Of a stretch of 64,000 nt of DNA, positions 8,987 through 17,013 are shown in pieces. The number at the start of each line of letters is the position of its first letter. Position 1 is the stretch's first letter. A program made the translations under genes and the position numbers. Source of the DNA: an uncultured virus (IMG/VR IMGVR_UViG_3300029967_000119) (Duplodnaviria; Heunggongvirae; Uroviricota; Caudoviricetes). The notes beneath the pieces were generated by a model that saw only the letters and a list, made by a program, of their open reading frames with translations, was not told the origin of the DNA and did not search any database. The stretch lies in IMG/VR virus record IMGVR_UViG_3300029967_000119; one strand, written 5' to 3'.

Positions 8987-10294
8987 CTAAGATTTATCCA
9001 ACATGATTTCATCTATAGTGCTCTTCAGCACTTCTAAGAAGTCTTTAGGATATGTCTTGAGAATCTCTGAAATCTTGCAATTCCCATATTCATCTCCTTC
9101 TTCTGTGTAGTTGATGTTGTCAAAGTCAAACAATGCCCATGTCTTCTCATTCACATCAATGTCTATGCACACCACAGAGAGTGCATCCCCAAAGCAATGT
9201 CTCTTATCCTTTATCATCAAGAACTTGTGCCCTCTAGAAACATATTCATCAAAGTATGTCTTGTTTGATGTAGAGATGCACCACCTGGTCCCAACACCAA
9301 AGAGTCTAGAGTCTTCATAGCTTGTTATCCTATACAGCTTCAACTTTGGTGTCTCATATACTAGAGACTTTGTCTCCATGTCTAGAATCTGTGACTTCTT
9401 TGACTTGCTCTTTCGTTCTTCTCCAACTTCTACATCTCTAGATATGTCTATCCAGTTCTTGTTTGTGATGTCTTTGTCTTCTATGTAAAGAAGAACTTTG
9501 TCATATCTCTGTATGAGATCTATTATTGCTTCAGGCTTTCTCCTAGAGCAATATAGCTGGCACATCTTGTAGATGTACTTCCAGGAGCTTGATGGGTCTC
9601 CAGCTTTGAGTTGCTCAAACACATCTTTAGGTATCAAGTTGTTTCCTATGAACACAGACCTTGCATCTTTCAAGTTCTCATTCAAAGGAATAGCTTCAAT
9701 CTTCTTTATCAAGTCCATTGCTACTTCAACTGGAAATTTTTCTTCTATGTATGTCACTTCATCATGATCATTGACAACTGTGTTCCAACCAGACTTATGG
9801 ACATATGAGCATTCACCACTTGACTTGTCATATACAAATGCAGACCCTTCATCAATGCCATAGAATGAGTTGCTCTTCAAAATCAATGACCGTTCTTCAT
9901 CAACAAAGCAAATTTCAAGACGTCCAAAGTCTTCAAACTTGAAGAACCTTGAATTAGCTTTCACTTCCTTAGACTTCAAGTTGATGAAGTCTATAGTTTC
10001 TTTTGGAACTATAGCTAACAATGCATCAGCTGATCTCTCTTCTTCTTCATGGTATTCATTTCCAAACTTGTCATATGCAACCCAATTTCCCACTTCTGAG
10101 ATCATGACTTGTAGGTCTTTAGATGAATCATCAAGGTTCTTCAAGTAAAGCCACCTGATGATGAATCCTGGACAATGATCTCTGAAGAACCTTTTAGCTG
10201 GATTTTTGTCAAATTCAAAGAAAGTCTGCCTTGCATCAGAGACAGACTTCAATTCATAGAATTCACAATCTTCAATCTTAGCTAGCAGTTCCAT
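8987..10294 (-). CDS. hypothetical protein with phage-type 'GTRWCIS' domain
   Basis: Long ORF, likely start ATG 10294 (MELLAKIED), ends in TAG. Confidence 0.7.
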   Translation of the reverse strand: MELLAKIEDCEFYELKSVSDARQTFFEFDKNPAKRFFRDHCPGFIIRWLYLKNLDDSSKDLQVMISEVGNWVAYDKFGNEYHEEEERSADALLAIVPKETIDFINLKSKEVKANSRFFKFEDFGRLEICFVDEERSLILKSNSFYGIDEGSAFVYDKSSGECSYVHKSGWNTVVNDHDEVTYIEEKFPVEVAMDLIKKIEAIPLNENLKDARSVFIGNNLIPKDVFEQLKAGDPSSSWKYIYKMCQLYCSRRKPEAIIDLIQRYDKVLLYIEDKDITNKNWIDISRDVEVGEERKSKSKKSQILDMETKSLVYETPKLKLYRITSYEDSRLFGVGTRWCISTSNKTYFDEYVSRGHKFLMIKDKRHCFGDALSVVCIDIDVNEKTWALFDFDNINYTEEGDEYGNCKISEILKTYPKDFLEVLKSTIDEIMLDKS

Positions 10295-10745
10295 CTTGCA
10301 AAGTCTTAAGTGCCTTGTAGTCATCTTCCATCTTCTGTGTCAATGACCCATCTATGTCAAGAAGCCCAGAAGACCAGTATACGTCTACAACTTCTTCCTC
10401 TTTGAAATATAACCCAATCCCAAACCAACCCACAGACTCATCATCAAGTGCAAAGACTTCTTCTTTGTAGCAGTCAGGCAACTCATCGGACTTCGTGATG
10501 ATGAAGAATGGTGTCTTCCAACCTATTGGGTGGTTCTTGAAGATGCCAAGGTCTTCATTGTCTTTGCAATAGATCTTATAGTGCTTCTTCAAATCTTCAT
10601 CAGCATCCTCATAGTTGATGACTCTCTGCACCTCTACAGTGTATTGCCTGCTTGGTGTCAGCTTCCCATCATCATAGCACCAGAGCAAGTCTCCAGTGTG
10701 GAGCTTCTTAGCTTGCTTGACCCAATATTCAAATGTCTTTGCCAT
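10278..10745 (-). CDS. hypothetical protein
   Basis: 155-aa ORF co-oriented with neighbours, ends in TAA. Confidence 0.7.
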   Translation of the reverse strand: MAKTFEYWVKQAKKLHTGDLLWCYDDGKLTPSRQYTVEVQRVINYEDADEDLKKHYKIYCKDNEDLGIFKNHPIGWKTPFFIITKSDELPDCYKEEVFALDDESVGWFGIGLYFKEEEVVDVYWSSGLLDIDGSLTQKMEDDYKALKTLQDGTAS

Positions 10746-10832
10746 ATGCTTTTAATCTAAAAACCTCAAGTGTCTCTCACTATCTTATGGAGGTACTTGA
10801 GGATGTCTTCTTGTAAAGATTCTCCTGACTTC

Positions 10833-11483
10833 TTAGTCTTTCTTGAAAGCTAAGTTGACAGTGAACAGAGGGTGTTTGTCATCTTCACAATCTATGCCAA
10901 TCCAAACCTTTGCAATGCCTTCACAACTGAGCTTGTCTGTGAGCCAATCCTCAATCCTCATCATGAAGTCATCATCATACCATCTGTCATCATAGATGGA
11001 AGGGTCAAACTTGTTCAAGAACTCCTGGCGGGCCTCATTGCTAAGTATTAAGCTAGGGATTGAGTCTATGAGATATGCTTCAAATGAGCACCACTCAGGC
11101 ATCATTGTGTCATCAAACTTCACACCATAAGACTGCTTTGTGTCTTCATCCGCTTTATGCCAAGTGATCTTGTAAGAGTCATTCTGGAGCCCAGACTTGA
11201 TGTATTGCAGCACTGCATCAAATATTTCATTCTCAAGCTTGAGCTTCTTCATTGCAATCTCTTTCATGGTAGCCTGCTTCACTGCAGGATGAGCTCTGTC
11301 ATAGAAGGCTTTGCCAAGTAATGCAGTAGATGCATCATCTTCTTTTGTGTCTTCTATAGTGTTTGCATCTTTAGTGCTCACTTCATCATCAGAGCTGAAG
11401 AGGCTAGAGTCTTCAAATATCTCAGCAAGCTGATCAAAGAAGTCCTCAAGAAACTTGTTGTTGTGTGTGTCTGTGTGTATCAT
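10833..11483 (-). CDS. hypothetical acidic protein
   Basis: Likely start ATG 11483 (MIHTDTHNN) just downstream of the TATATTTG promoter; the track's upstream extension overlaps the promoter. Confidence 0.7.
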   Translation of the reverse strand: MIHTDTHNNKFLEDFFDQLAEIFEDSSLFSSDDEVSTKDANTIEDTKEDDASTALLGKAFYDRAHPAVKQATMKEIAMKKLKLENEIFDAVLQYIKSGLQNDSYKITWHKADEDTKQSYGVKFDDTMMPEWCSFEAYLIDSIPSLILSNEARQEFLNKFDPSIYDDRWYDDDFMMRIEDWLTDKLSCEGIAKVWIGIDCEDDKHPLFTVNLAFKKD

Positions 11484-11504
11484 GTTCCTTTTATTTTTTG
11501 TTGA

Positions 11505-11542
11505 TGCAAATATAACACAAAATCTTGAAACTAGAAAATCTT
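11505..11542 (-). promoter_or_regulatory. Bacteroidota sigma-A-type promoter (-7 TAnnTTTG)
   Basis: Minus strand AGATTTTCTAGTTTCAAGATTTTGTGTTATATTTGCA; same motif recurs five times in intergenic gaps. Confidence 0.75.
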
Positions 11543-11576
11543 TTGTGAATTTTTTTTGCAAAAATTTTAGGTTGAG

Positions 11577-12284
11577 CTAAGACTTTGTCTTTTCTTCAAA
11601 GAGCCCTTCTTCATCATCAAACTCAAAGCTCTGCTGGCTCTGCCACTCAGCAAACTCTTGCCTAAGCTTTGGTTCTCTTATATATTCAGGAAGCATTCTC
11701 CACTCATTCTTCTCATCATCCTTTCCAAGGTTCTTGATGATAGCACCAGCATGCCTAGAGGCAAACTTCAAAGCTTCAATGTCACTCATCCCGTTTGCCT
11801 TGGCTTCATTGTACCAGAGGATGCTCTCCCAATATCCATCATTGTCTGGCCACTTGCCATCTTCAGGAACTATTGAGCACACATTCCACCATGTGAATGC
11901 AAAGCCAAACAACACTATGGTGAACTGGCCAGGAAACTCATATCTATAAGAGTCATATTTAGTCTTCCACATCACATCAAAGTTGAAGACATGAAATGAG
12001 AGCCAGATAGGCAGCTTGTAAGTTGGCTTGAAGTGCTTTGCAATGAATGGATGTCTTGTCTTGTATGATTCTGTCCATTCATACTCTGGAATGTAGAGAT
12101 GCTTGTTGTCTGTTGACTCTCTATAATCCTTAGAGTACTTGCCAAGCCTGATGATAGGGCCACGTCTCCAGACTGGAAGCCCAGGAGAGTTCCTCCAGCT
12201 CCTGAAGCAATGCACAATCCTTGGTCGGACAAAGACATTCTTTGTCTTCTTCCAAAGGTTGTTCATCTTGATGATGCTCTTCAT
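11577..12284 (-). CDS. hypothetical Trp-rich protein
   Basis: ORF with 13 Trp, all TGG; likely start ATG 12284. Confidence 0.7.
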   Translation of the reverse strand: MKSIIKMNNLWKKTKNVFVRPRIVHCFRSWRNSPGLPVWRRGPIIRLGKYSKDYRESTDNKHLYIPEYEWTESYKTRHPFIAKHFKPTYKLPIWLSFHVFNFDVMWKTKYDSYRYEFPGQFTIVLFGFAFTWWNVCSIVPEDGKWPDNDGYWESILWYNEAKANGMSDIEALKFASRHAGAIIKNLGKDDEKNEWRMLPEYIREPKLRQEFAEWQSQQSFEFDDEEGLFEEKTKS

Positions 12285-12288
12285 CTTG

Positions 12289-12657
12289 CTACTTCTTGTC
12301 TTCAAACTTGATCTCCTTGGCAAGGACCTCAGTGATGAGTGAGAGGTTCTCTTTCACCTGGCTGTAGATGTCAACTTTGACATCCACGCCTTCCTTAGGT
12401 GGCCAAGTAGACACTATCATCTCATACTCACACTTGCTCCACCAACGATACTGTGCTTCACGGTTCACCCATGCTTCAAGCTCTTTCATTGTGGAAGGCT
12501 GTGGCAGACTTTTGTTTGATGCAGAGTCAAATCCCCAATATGCTTTCTTCTTGCCTGCATTGTGCTTCCAGGTATCAGCAAGAGGCTCTATGACATCAAA
12601 TGGCTCAGGCTTAGAAGCATTGAATGGCCAATAGAATACATTGAACTTGTGTTTCAT
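12289..12657 (-). CDS. hypothetical phage protein
   Basis: 122-aa ORF, motif YRWWSKCEYEMIVSTWPP...KVDIYSQV. Confidence 0.75.
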   Translation of the reverse strand: MKHKFNVFYWPFNASKPEPFDVIEPLADTWKHNAGKKKAYWGFDSASNKSLPQPSTMKELEAWVNREAQYRWWSKCEYEMIVSTWPPKEGVDVKVDIYSQVKENLSLITEVLAKEIKFEDKK

Positions 12658-12700
12658 GATTTTATGTCTTTAAAGGTCAAACTTGTCCTGTCTTTCAAAA

Positions 12701-12729
12701 ATTATAAGGCAAGAACAGAAGAAAGTCTT
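12701..12729 (-). promoter_or_regulatory. sigma70-like promoter AAGACT-N17-TATAAT
   Basis: Minus-strand sequence upstream of gene 12657; same pattern precedes the tRNA and tmRNA. Confidence 0.5.
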
Positions 12730-12743
12730 TAGAGAAGAGACTA

Positions 12744-12784
12744 AAAAAATAAGGATTACTTAAATTAAAAGTTTAAGTAATCCT
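12744..12784 (-). terminator. intrinsic terminator downstream of the tRNA gene
   Basis: 13-bp perfect stem AGGATTACTTAAA/TTTAAGTAATCCT followed on the minus strand by TATTTTTTT. Confidence 0.8.
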
Positions 12785-12799
12785 CATTTTTAATAAATG

Positions 12800-12892
12800 C
12801 GAGGGTGCTACGATTCGAACATAGATCTATGGTTTTGGAGACCATCTTTACGGTTTTGAAGACCGTTGTCTTGCCAATTAGACGACACCCCC
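12800..12892 (-). tRNA. atypical 93-nt tRNA-Trp-like gene with two tandem anticodon arms: UCA (UGA suppressor) and CCA (Trp)
   Basis: Minus strand: GGGGGTG TC GTCT-AATTGGCA-AGAC A ACGGT-CTTCAAA-ACCGT AAAG ATGGT-CTCCAAA-ACCAT AGAT CTATG-TTCGAAT-CGTAG CACCCTC G; 7-bp acceptor, 4-bp D stem, canonical T loop, G73 discriminator, CCA end not encoded. Confidence 0.92.
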
Positions 12893-12910
12893 ATTTTGTA
12901 AACTTCTATT

Positions 12911-12938
12911 ATTATAAAAGAACTCTTCTAAATGTCTA
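12911..12938 (-). promoter_or_regulatory. sigma70-like promoter for the tRNA, TAGACA-N16-TATAAT
   Basis: Minus strand TAGACAtttagaagagttctttTATAAT ending 18 nt before the tRNA 5' end. Confidence 0.55.
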
Positions 12939-13830
12939 TCTTACGTTTTAATTTCCAGCCATCTTTTAAGAAATTATCAAGATCTTTTTTATAGACCATC
13001 TTAGATATATTATCTTTATGTATCCACGCTTTTCCTTGGGCCGCTTCTATTACTTTATCTGATGCTGGAAGATATCTACCCTTCTTTCATCCTTCATTTT
13101 CTCATAAAGCTAAGTCTTCTTTCTTTATCTTCTTGTTTTCTTTTCCTTTATTGACTCAACATGTACCTCATTGTGAATTTGTTTTTCCTTGTTGATGATT
13201 AGTCTTTAAAAAAGTCTCGTGTTGTTTCTTCTTTGTTTCTTCTGAGTGCTTTCTTCCAACTCAGACATGTTTTAATTCTCCACTAATATATCTTGGGTCA
13301 TCAACTTCTACAAGAAAATGATTGTTATTTTTATCTTTAACTATAAGACGATGACCATCTGTAAATTCTCCATTAAGATATCTAGGGTCATTTGAATCTA
13401 TTAATCTATAATTTCCATCTTTATCTTTGACTTGTTTATATCCCTTCAAAAGAGACTTGTATTTTTTGTTTTTATTAGATCGAAACTCATCACAAGAAAT
13501 CAGCTTAATCTCATCTCCTTCTTTCACCCAAGTCATCCCAATGTTTCCTCAACAATCTCCACCTAATCTCATATTATAGCAGTTCTTGTCTTCAACTAAA
13601 GTTTCATTCACAACTTCAGCCTCATACATTGATGCTTCTTTTCTTGTCTTAAAAAACTTCAATATCTCTTTTGAAAAATTCTCAATCCCATATCTTTGAT
13701 ATGCTTCATGAAGTCGAAGCCCAGATCCCATATATCCATCTTCTAGATCATCTGTTGAATGAATCCCAAAATAAAAATGCCCATTGACTTTGTTTGAAAT
13801 CTTATAAAAATAATTATATTTCTTTTTCAT
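12928..13830 (-). CDS. GIY-YIG (Seg-like) free-standing homing endonuclease with NUMOD-like repeats, 300 aa with six TGA=Trp
   Basis: YFYKISNKVNGHFYFGIHST...YMGSG...YGIENFSKEIL...YNMRLGG; frame continues through TGA at 13549, 13261, 13168, 13156, 13102, 13087 to TAG 12928; includes GRKHSEETKKK and GKTNSQWGTCWVN. Confidence 0.88.
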
Positions 13831-13883
13831 AAAATGTGCGTTCGATATAATTTCAATTATTTATCAAACCCACACTTAATTTT

Positions 13884-14702
13884 TTAAAGTATTCCTTTCC
13901 AATCCAAATATAGCCCATCTTGCAAGAACTTGAACCAAAGCATCTTCTTCAAGTCTCTATATCCATACTTCTTGAGCTCACTCCTATCCATATGGCTCCA
14001 GTCTCTGCCTAAGATAGGCACTTCAATCATCAGTTTGTCATCAAGCATCTTCTCAAGATATTGATCTTTGAACACCTTCTCAAGCTTAGCTTTGTCAAAC
14101 TTCTCAAGAGCTTCATGGCAGTTCATGAACTTCACAGTATCTGAGCACTCAATTGCTTTCTCAACCAAGCTCTTGTCTTGTATCTTATAGACTCTTGACT
14201 CTACACACAGTGCTCTACTATGCTTAGGCAAGTAGCCTTTCAAGTCAATGTCTTTCCCTAGCTTAGGTGTTCCAATGCTCACAGTGCATAGCTCTGCAAC
14301 TTCGCCTACTTTGAAGTATCCTTCATTGTTGCTATATGCTTCGATGTCAAGGCACTTCTCAGAAGACACACATGGAACACTGTCTGACATGCTCATGCTC
14401 CATTGCCCATGCTGCTTGGCCATCTGCTGTGCACGAGTGAAGTTCTTTGCATTCAGCACGTCACCAAAGCTCAAGTCCTTTTCACTGCTTGGCAGCCTCT
14501 CAAGAGTGATTTCTTCTATGCAGAAGACAAGCTTGTTCGGCATGTCTTTCCTCTCAAGATACCAAGAGCCACCGCTTTCAAAGCCTCTCATGAAGTCTTC
14601 AAGAGCAATCTGCTCTGTGATCTTGCTGAAGTCATCTTGCTTTACCTTTGCAATAGGTTCCTTCTCAGTATTTGGATTTGTGTATTTTCTTGAGAGTATC
14701 AT
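13884..14702 (-). CDS. hypothetical protein
   Basis: 272-aa ORF ending in TAA. Confidence 0.7.
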   Translation of the reverse strand: MILSRKYTNPNTEKEPIAKVKQDDFSKITEQIALEDFMRGFESGGSWYLERKDMPNKLVFCIEEITLERLPSSEKDLSFGDVLNAKNFTRAQQMAKQHGQWSMSMSDSVPCVSSEKCLDIEAYSNNEGYFKVGEVAELCTVSIGTPKLGKDIDLKGYLPKHSRALCVESRVYKIQDKSLVEKAIECSDTVKFMNCHEALEKFDKAKLEKVFKDQYLEKMLDDKLMIEVPILGRDWSHMDRSELKKYGYRDLKKMLWFKFLQDGLYLDWKGIL

Positions 14703-14711
14703 GTCATCATT

Positions 14712-15143
14712 CTATTGCCAGTAGCTGACGATGTCTTGCACAATCCACTTAGTCACTGTGCTCAAGATGTATGCAAATGCTTCAGAGTCATCATCAGAGC
14801 ATTGGATGCCACAGTCAGCGCAGAGCATCACTGCAATGTGTGCAGCTTCATGGGATGCAATCTGCGCAATGCTTGCTTCACTCATGTCTGTTGGCTTCTG
14901 TACCATCAAGAACATGTAGCCGTAGTCACCTACACCTCTAGAAGTGTCTGTGAGCTTTGTTACCTTGAGGGTTGATGCAACATTGCCAACCCCAGCTACC
15001 TGCACTTTGTTGCCTGTTGTGGTGTCAAAGAAAGTCCCATCAAGCATAGATGAGATCTCTTTAGGAGTGCTTCCAAATGCTATATAAAGCTTTCGTGGGA
15101 ACACCACAAAATCATGTGTGTATGTCTTCGCTTCTTTCATCAT
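14712..15143 (-). CDS. hypothetical protein with HExxH zincin-like motif
   Basis: IASHEAAH...SEAFAY. Confidence 0.65.
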   Translation of the reverse strand: MMKEAKTYTHDFVVFPRKLYIAFGSTPKEISSMLDGTFFDTTTGNKVQVAGVGNVASTLKVTKLTDTSRGVGDYGYMFLMVQKPTDMSEASIAQIASHEAAHIAVMLCADCGIQCSDDDSEAFAYILSTVTKWIVQDIVSYWQ

Positions 15144-15149
15144 CTTCTT

Positions 15150-15692
15150 CTACTTCCAAGCTTTTGTCCAGAACTTCCAAGTGATGTCTCTCACTGCTGC
15201 CTTGCTTGGCATAGAAGAGAGGCCAAGGTTCTCAAGCATGTGCTGGTTTGTTGTCTCTTTGTCAAGTGCGCCACACTCTTCAATATAAGGCCCAAACTTG
15301 AAGTATGTGAACCATCTTTGGTCTATGCCCTTAGGCAATGTGACCAAGCCAGACTTCTGACCATCTGGCTCTTCCTCAAGTCCTATCAAGTCAATGCTCC
15401 TGCCACTATACCAAGCAACTTTCAGGTGATGCTTCTCTTGCACATAGTGTGCAGCATCATCTAATGACACAAGGTCACCATCTCCACCAAGCAACACTAC
15501 ACATGATATGCCGGGATTCTCTTCTATCAGCTTGTCCAACACTTCAGATGTCAGCTCTTCACCAATATCTTCTCTGAGCTCTGGGCTATGGCACCCCTCG
15601 CATCTGCCTGGACAGTTGCTCAAAGATATAGAGAGGCACACTTCATCTGGCACCTCTCTGAATGTCTGCTTTGCTTCTACGAACTTCAGCAT
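15150..15692 (-). CDS. nrdG: anaerobic ribonucleotide reductase activating protein (radical SAM)
   Basis: FREVPDEVCLSISLSNCPGRCEGCHSPEL, LGGD, KFGPYIEECGAL...TNQ. Confidence 0.88.
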   Translation of the reverse strand: MLKFVEAKQTFREVPDEVCLSISLSNCPGRCEGCHSPELREDIGEELTSEVLDKLIEENPGISCVVLLGGDGDLVSLDDAAHYVQEKHHLKVAWYSGRSIDLIGLEEEPDGQKSGLVTLPKGIDQRWFTYFKFGPYIEECGALDKETTNQHMLENLGLSSMPSKAAVRDITWKFWTKAWK

Positions 15693-15695
15693 TTT

Positions 15696-16373
15696 CTACT
15701 TGTCTTGCTTTTTAGCCGACTTTGTGATGATGTCATCAACCATCCCATAGTCTAGTGCTTCCTTTGCACTCATCCAGTGGTCTCTGTCGCAGTCAGCAAC
15801 CACAATGTCAAGTGGCTTGCCGGAGTGCTTTGAGATGAGCCCACAGAGCTCTGCTTTTGTCTTCTCTATCTCTTTAGCTGCAATGAGTATGTCTGATGCT
15901 TGTCCATCTGCTCCACCAAGGGGCTGGTGTATCATGACTCGAGAGTGCTCAAGCATGTGCCGCTCACCATTCTCACCTGCACAGAGCAGCACAGCAGCCA
16001 TTGATGCTGCCATCCCAACACATGTTGTGCTCACCTTAGGCTGTATGATCTGCATCGTGTCATAGATGCCAAGCCCTGCAGAGACAACGCCACCAGGGCT
16101 GTTGATGTACATCGAGATTGGCTCTCTAGAGTCTACAGATGAGAGATAGAGCATCTGTGCAATCACTATGTTTGCCACTTCATCAGTTATCTCACACCCT
16201 AAGAAGATGATCCTGTCCATCATGAGGCGAGAGAATACATCCATAGATGCAACATTCAGCTTTCGCTCTTCAATGATAGAAGGATTCATCCAGGCATCTG
16301 CTGTCCTAGCATAGCCTTGGAGCAAGGATGAGCTTGCACCCTTGCTCCTTGCAAACTTGTAGAAGTCTTCCAT
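15696..16373 (-). CDS. clpP: ATP-dependent Clp protease proteolytic subunit, Bacteroidota type
   Basis: MDVFSRLMMDRIIFLG, YINSPGG, GMAASMAAVLL, MIHQPLGG, DRDHWMSA; start ATG 16373 (MEDFYKFA). Confidence 0.95.
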   Translation of the reverse strand: MEDFYKFARSKGASSSLLQGYARTADAWMNPSIIEERKLNVASMDVFSRLMMDRIIFLGCEITDEVANIVIAQMLYLSSVDSREPISMYINSPGGVVSAGLGIYDTMQIIQPKVSTTCVGMAASMAAVLLCAGENGERHMLEHSRVMIHQPLGGADGQASDILIAAKEIEKTKAELCGLISKHSGKPLDIVVADCDRDHWMSAKEALDYGMVDDIITKSAKKQDK

Positions 16374-16374
16374 C

Positions 16375-16962
16375 TTAAGACCAGTCACAGATGTCACCAC
16401 AGAAGAAGAGACCATCTACATACACCTGAGAGAGGTAAGCATGCTCATCAGGATGAGACTCTTTGTAGTCTTTGTTGTCCATCCCATCTTCTTTCTCCTT
16501 CACCTTCTCAAACAGCTCATCAACAGAGACTTCCTTCTCATCCTCATCATAGACAATGCCTTCAGCAAGCCACTGCTTGATGTCATCCTGTGTGACCTTC
16601 TTCAAGTCATCAGAAGCTTCCATGTCAACTCTCCTGATAGTCCTGAATGAGAAGAAGTCCGCCTTGTCATAGAGAGGCTGATCAGTCGGCAGCTTGCGCT
16701 CCTTGATCTCTGGATGATCCATCAAGATTGCCATGAGCATCTTGCCATCAAACTGGAACTTCCATCCTACAGAGGCCTTGCCAATGTGCACACCATCTTC
16801 AGAGGTGACCCAGTCATATCCAAGCTCTCCAGCATACTTGTAGAGCTTGCGCTCAGATGCCTCAACTATCTCCATTGGAGACTTGCAGTCCTTGAGCACT
16901 TCTTGGAGCTCTTTCCTGTCTTCTTCGGCCAACTTAGGGACCCTATAGTAATTCATTCCCAT
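16375..16962 (-). CDS. hypothetical phage protein
   Basis: MGMNYY...HIGKASVGWKFQF motif common in phage hypothetical proteins. Confidence 0.75.
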   Translation of the reverse strand: MGMNYYRVPKLAEEDRKELQEVLKDCKSPMEIVEASERKLYKYAGELGYDWVTSEDGVHIGKASVGWKFQFDGKMLMAILMDHPEIKERKLPTDQPLYDKADFFSFRTIRRVDMEASDDLKKVTQDDIKQWLAEGIVYDEDEKEVSVDELFEKVKEKEDGMDNKDYKESHPDEHAYLSQVYVDGLFFCGDICDWS

Positions 16963-17013
16963 GATTTTGTAAGTTATTGTATCAAAATTTATATGTGAAA
17001 CCTTGCTGCCTTT

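Noticed and set aside
12829..12866. Self-splicing or canonical tRNA intron
   Set aside because: The 21-nt insert is far too short for group I/II introns, is not at position 37/38 and shows no obvious bulge-helix-bulge; other processing remains possible.
12800..12892. tRNA-Sec interpretation (UCA anticodon plus long extra arm)
   Set aside because: Acceptor stem is 7 bp and D stem 4 bp rather than the 8-bp and 6-bp stems of bacterial tRNA-Sec; the extra arm is a near copy of the anticodon arm with a CCA loop; TGA positions behave as Trp, not Cys/Sec.
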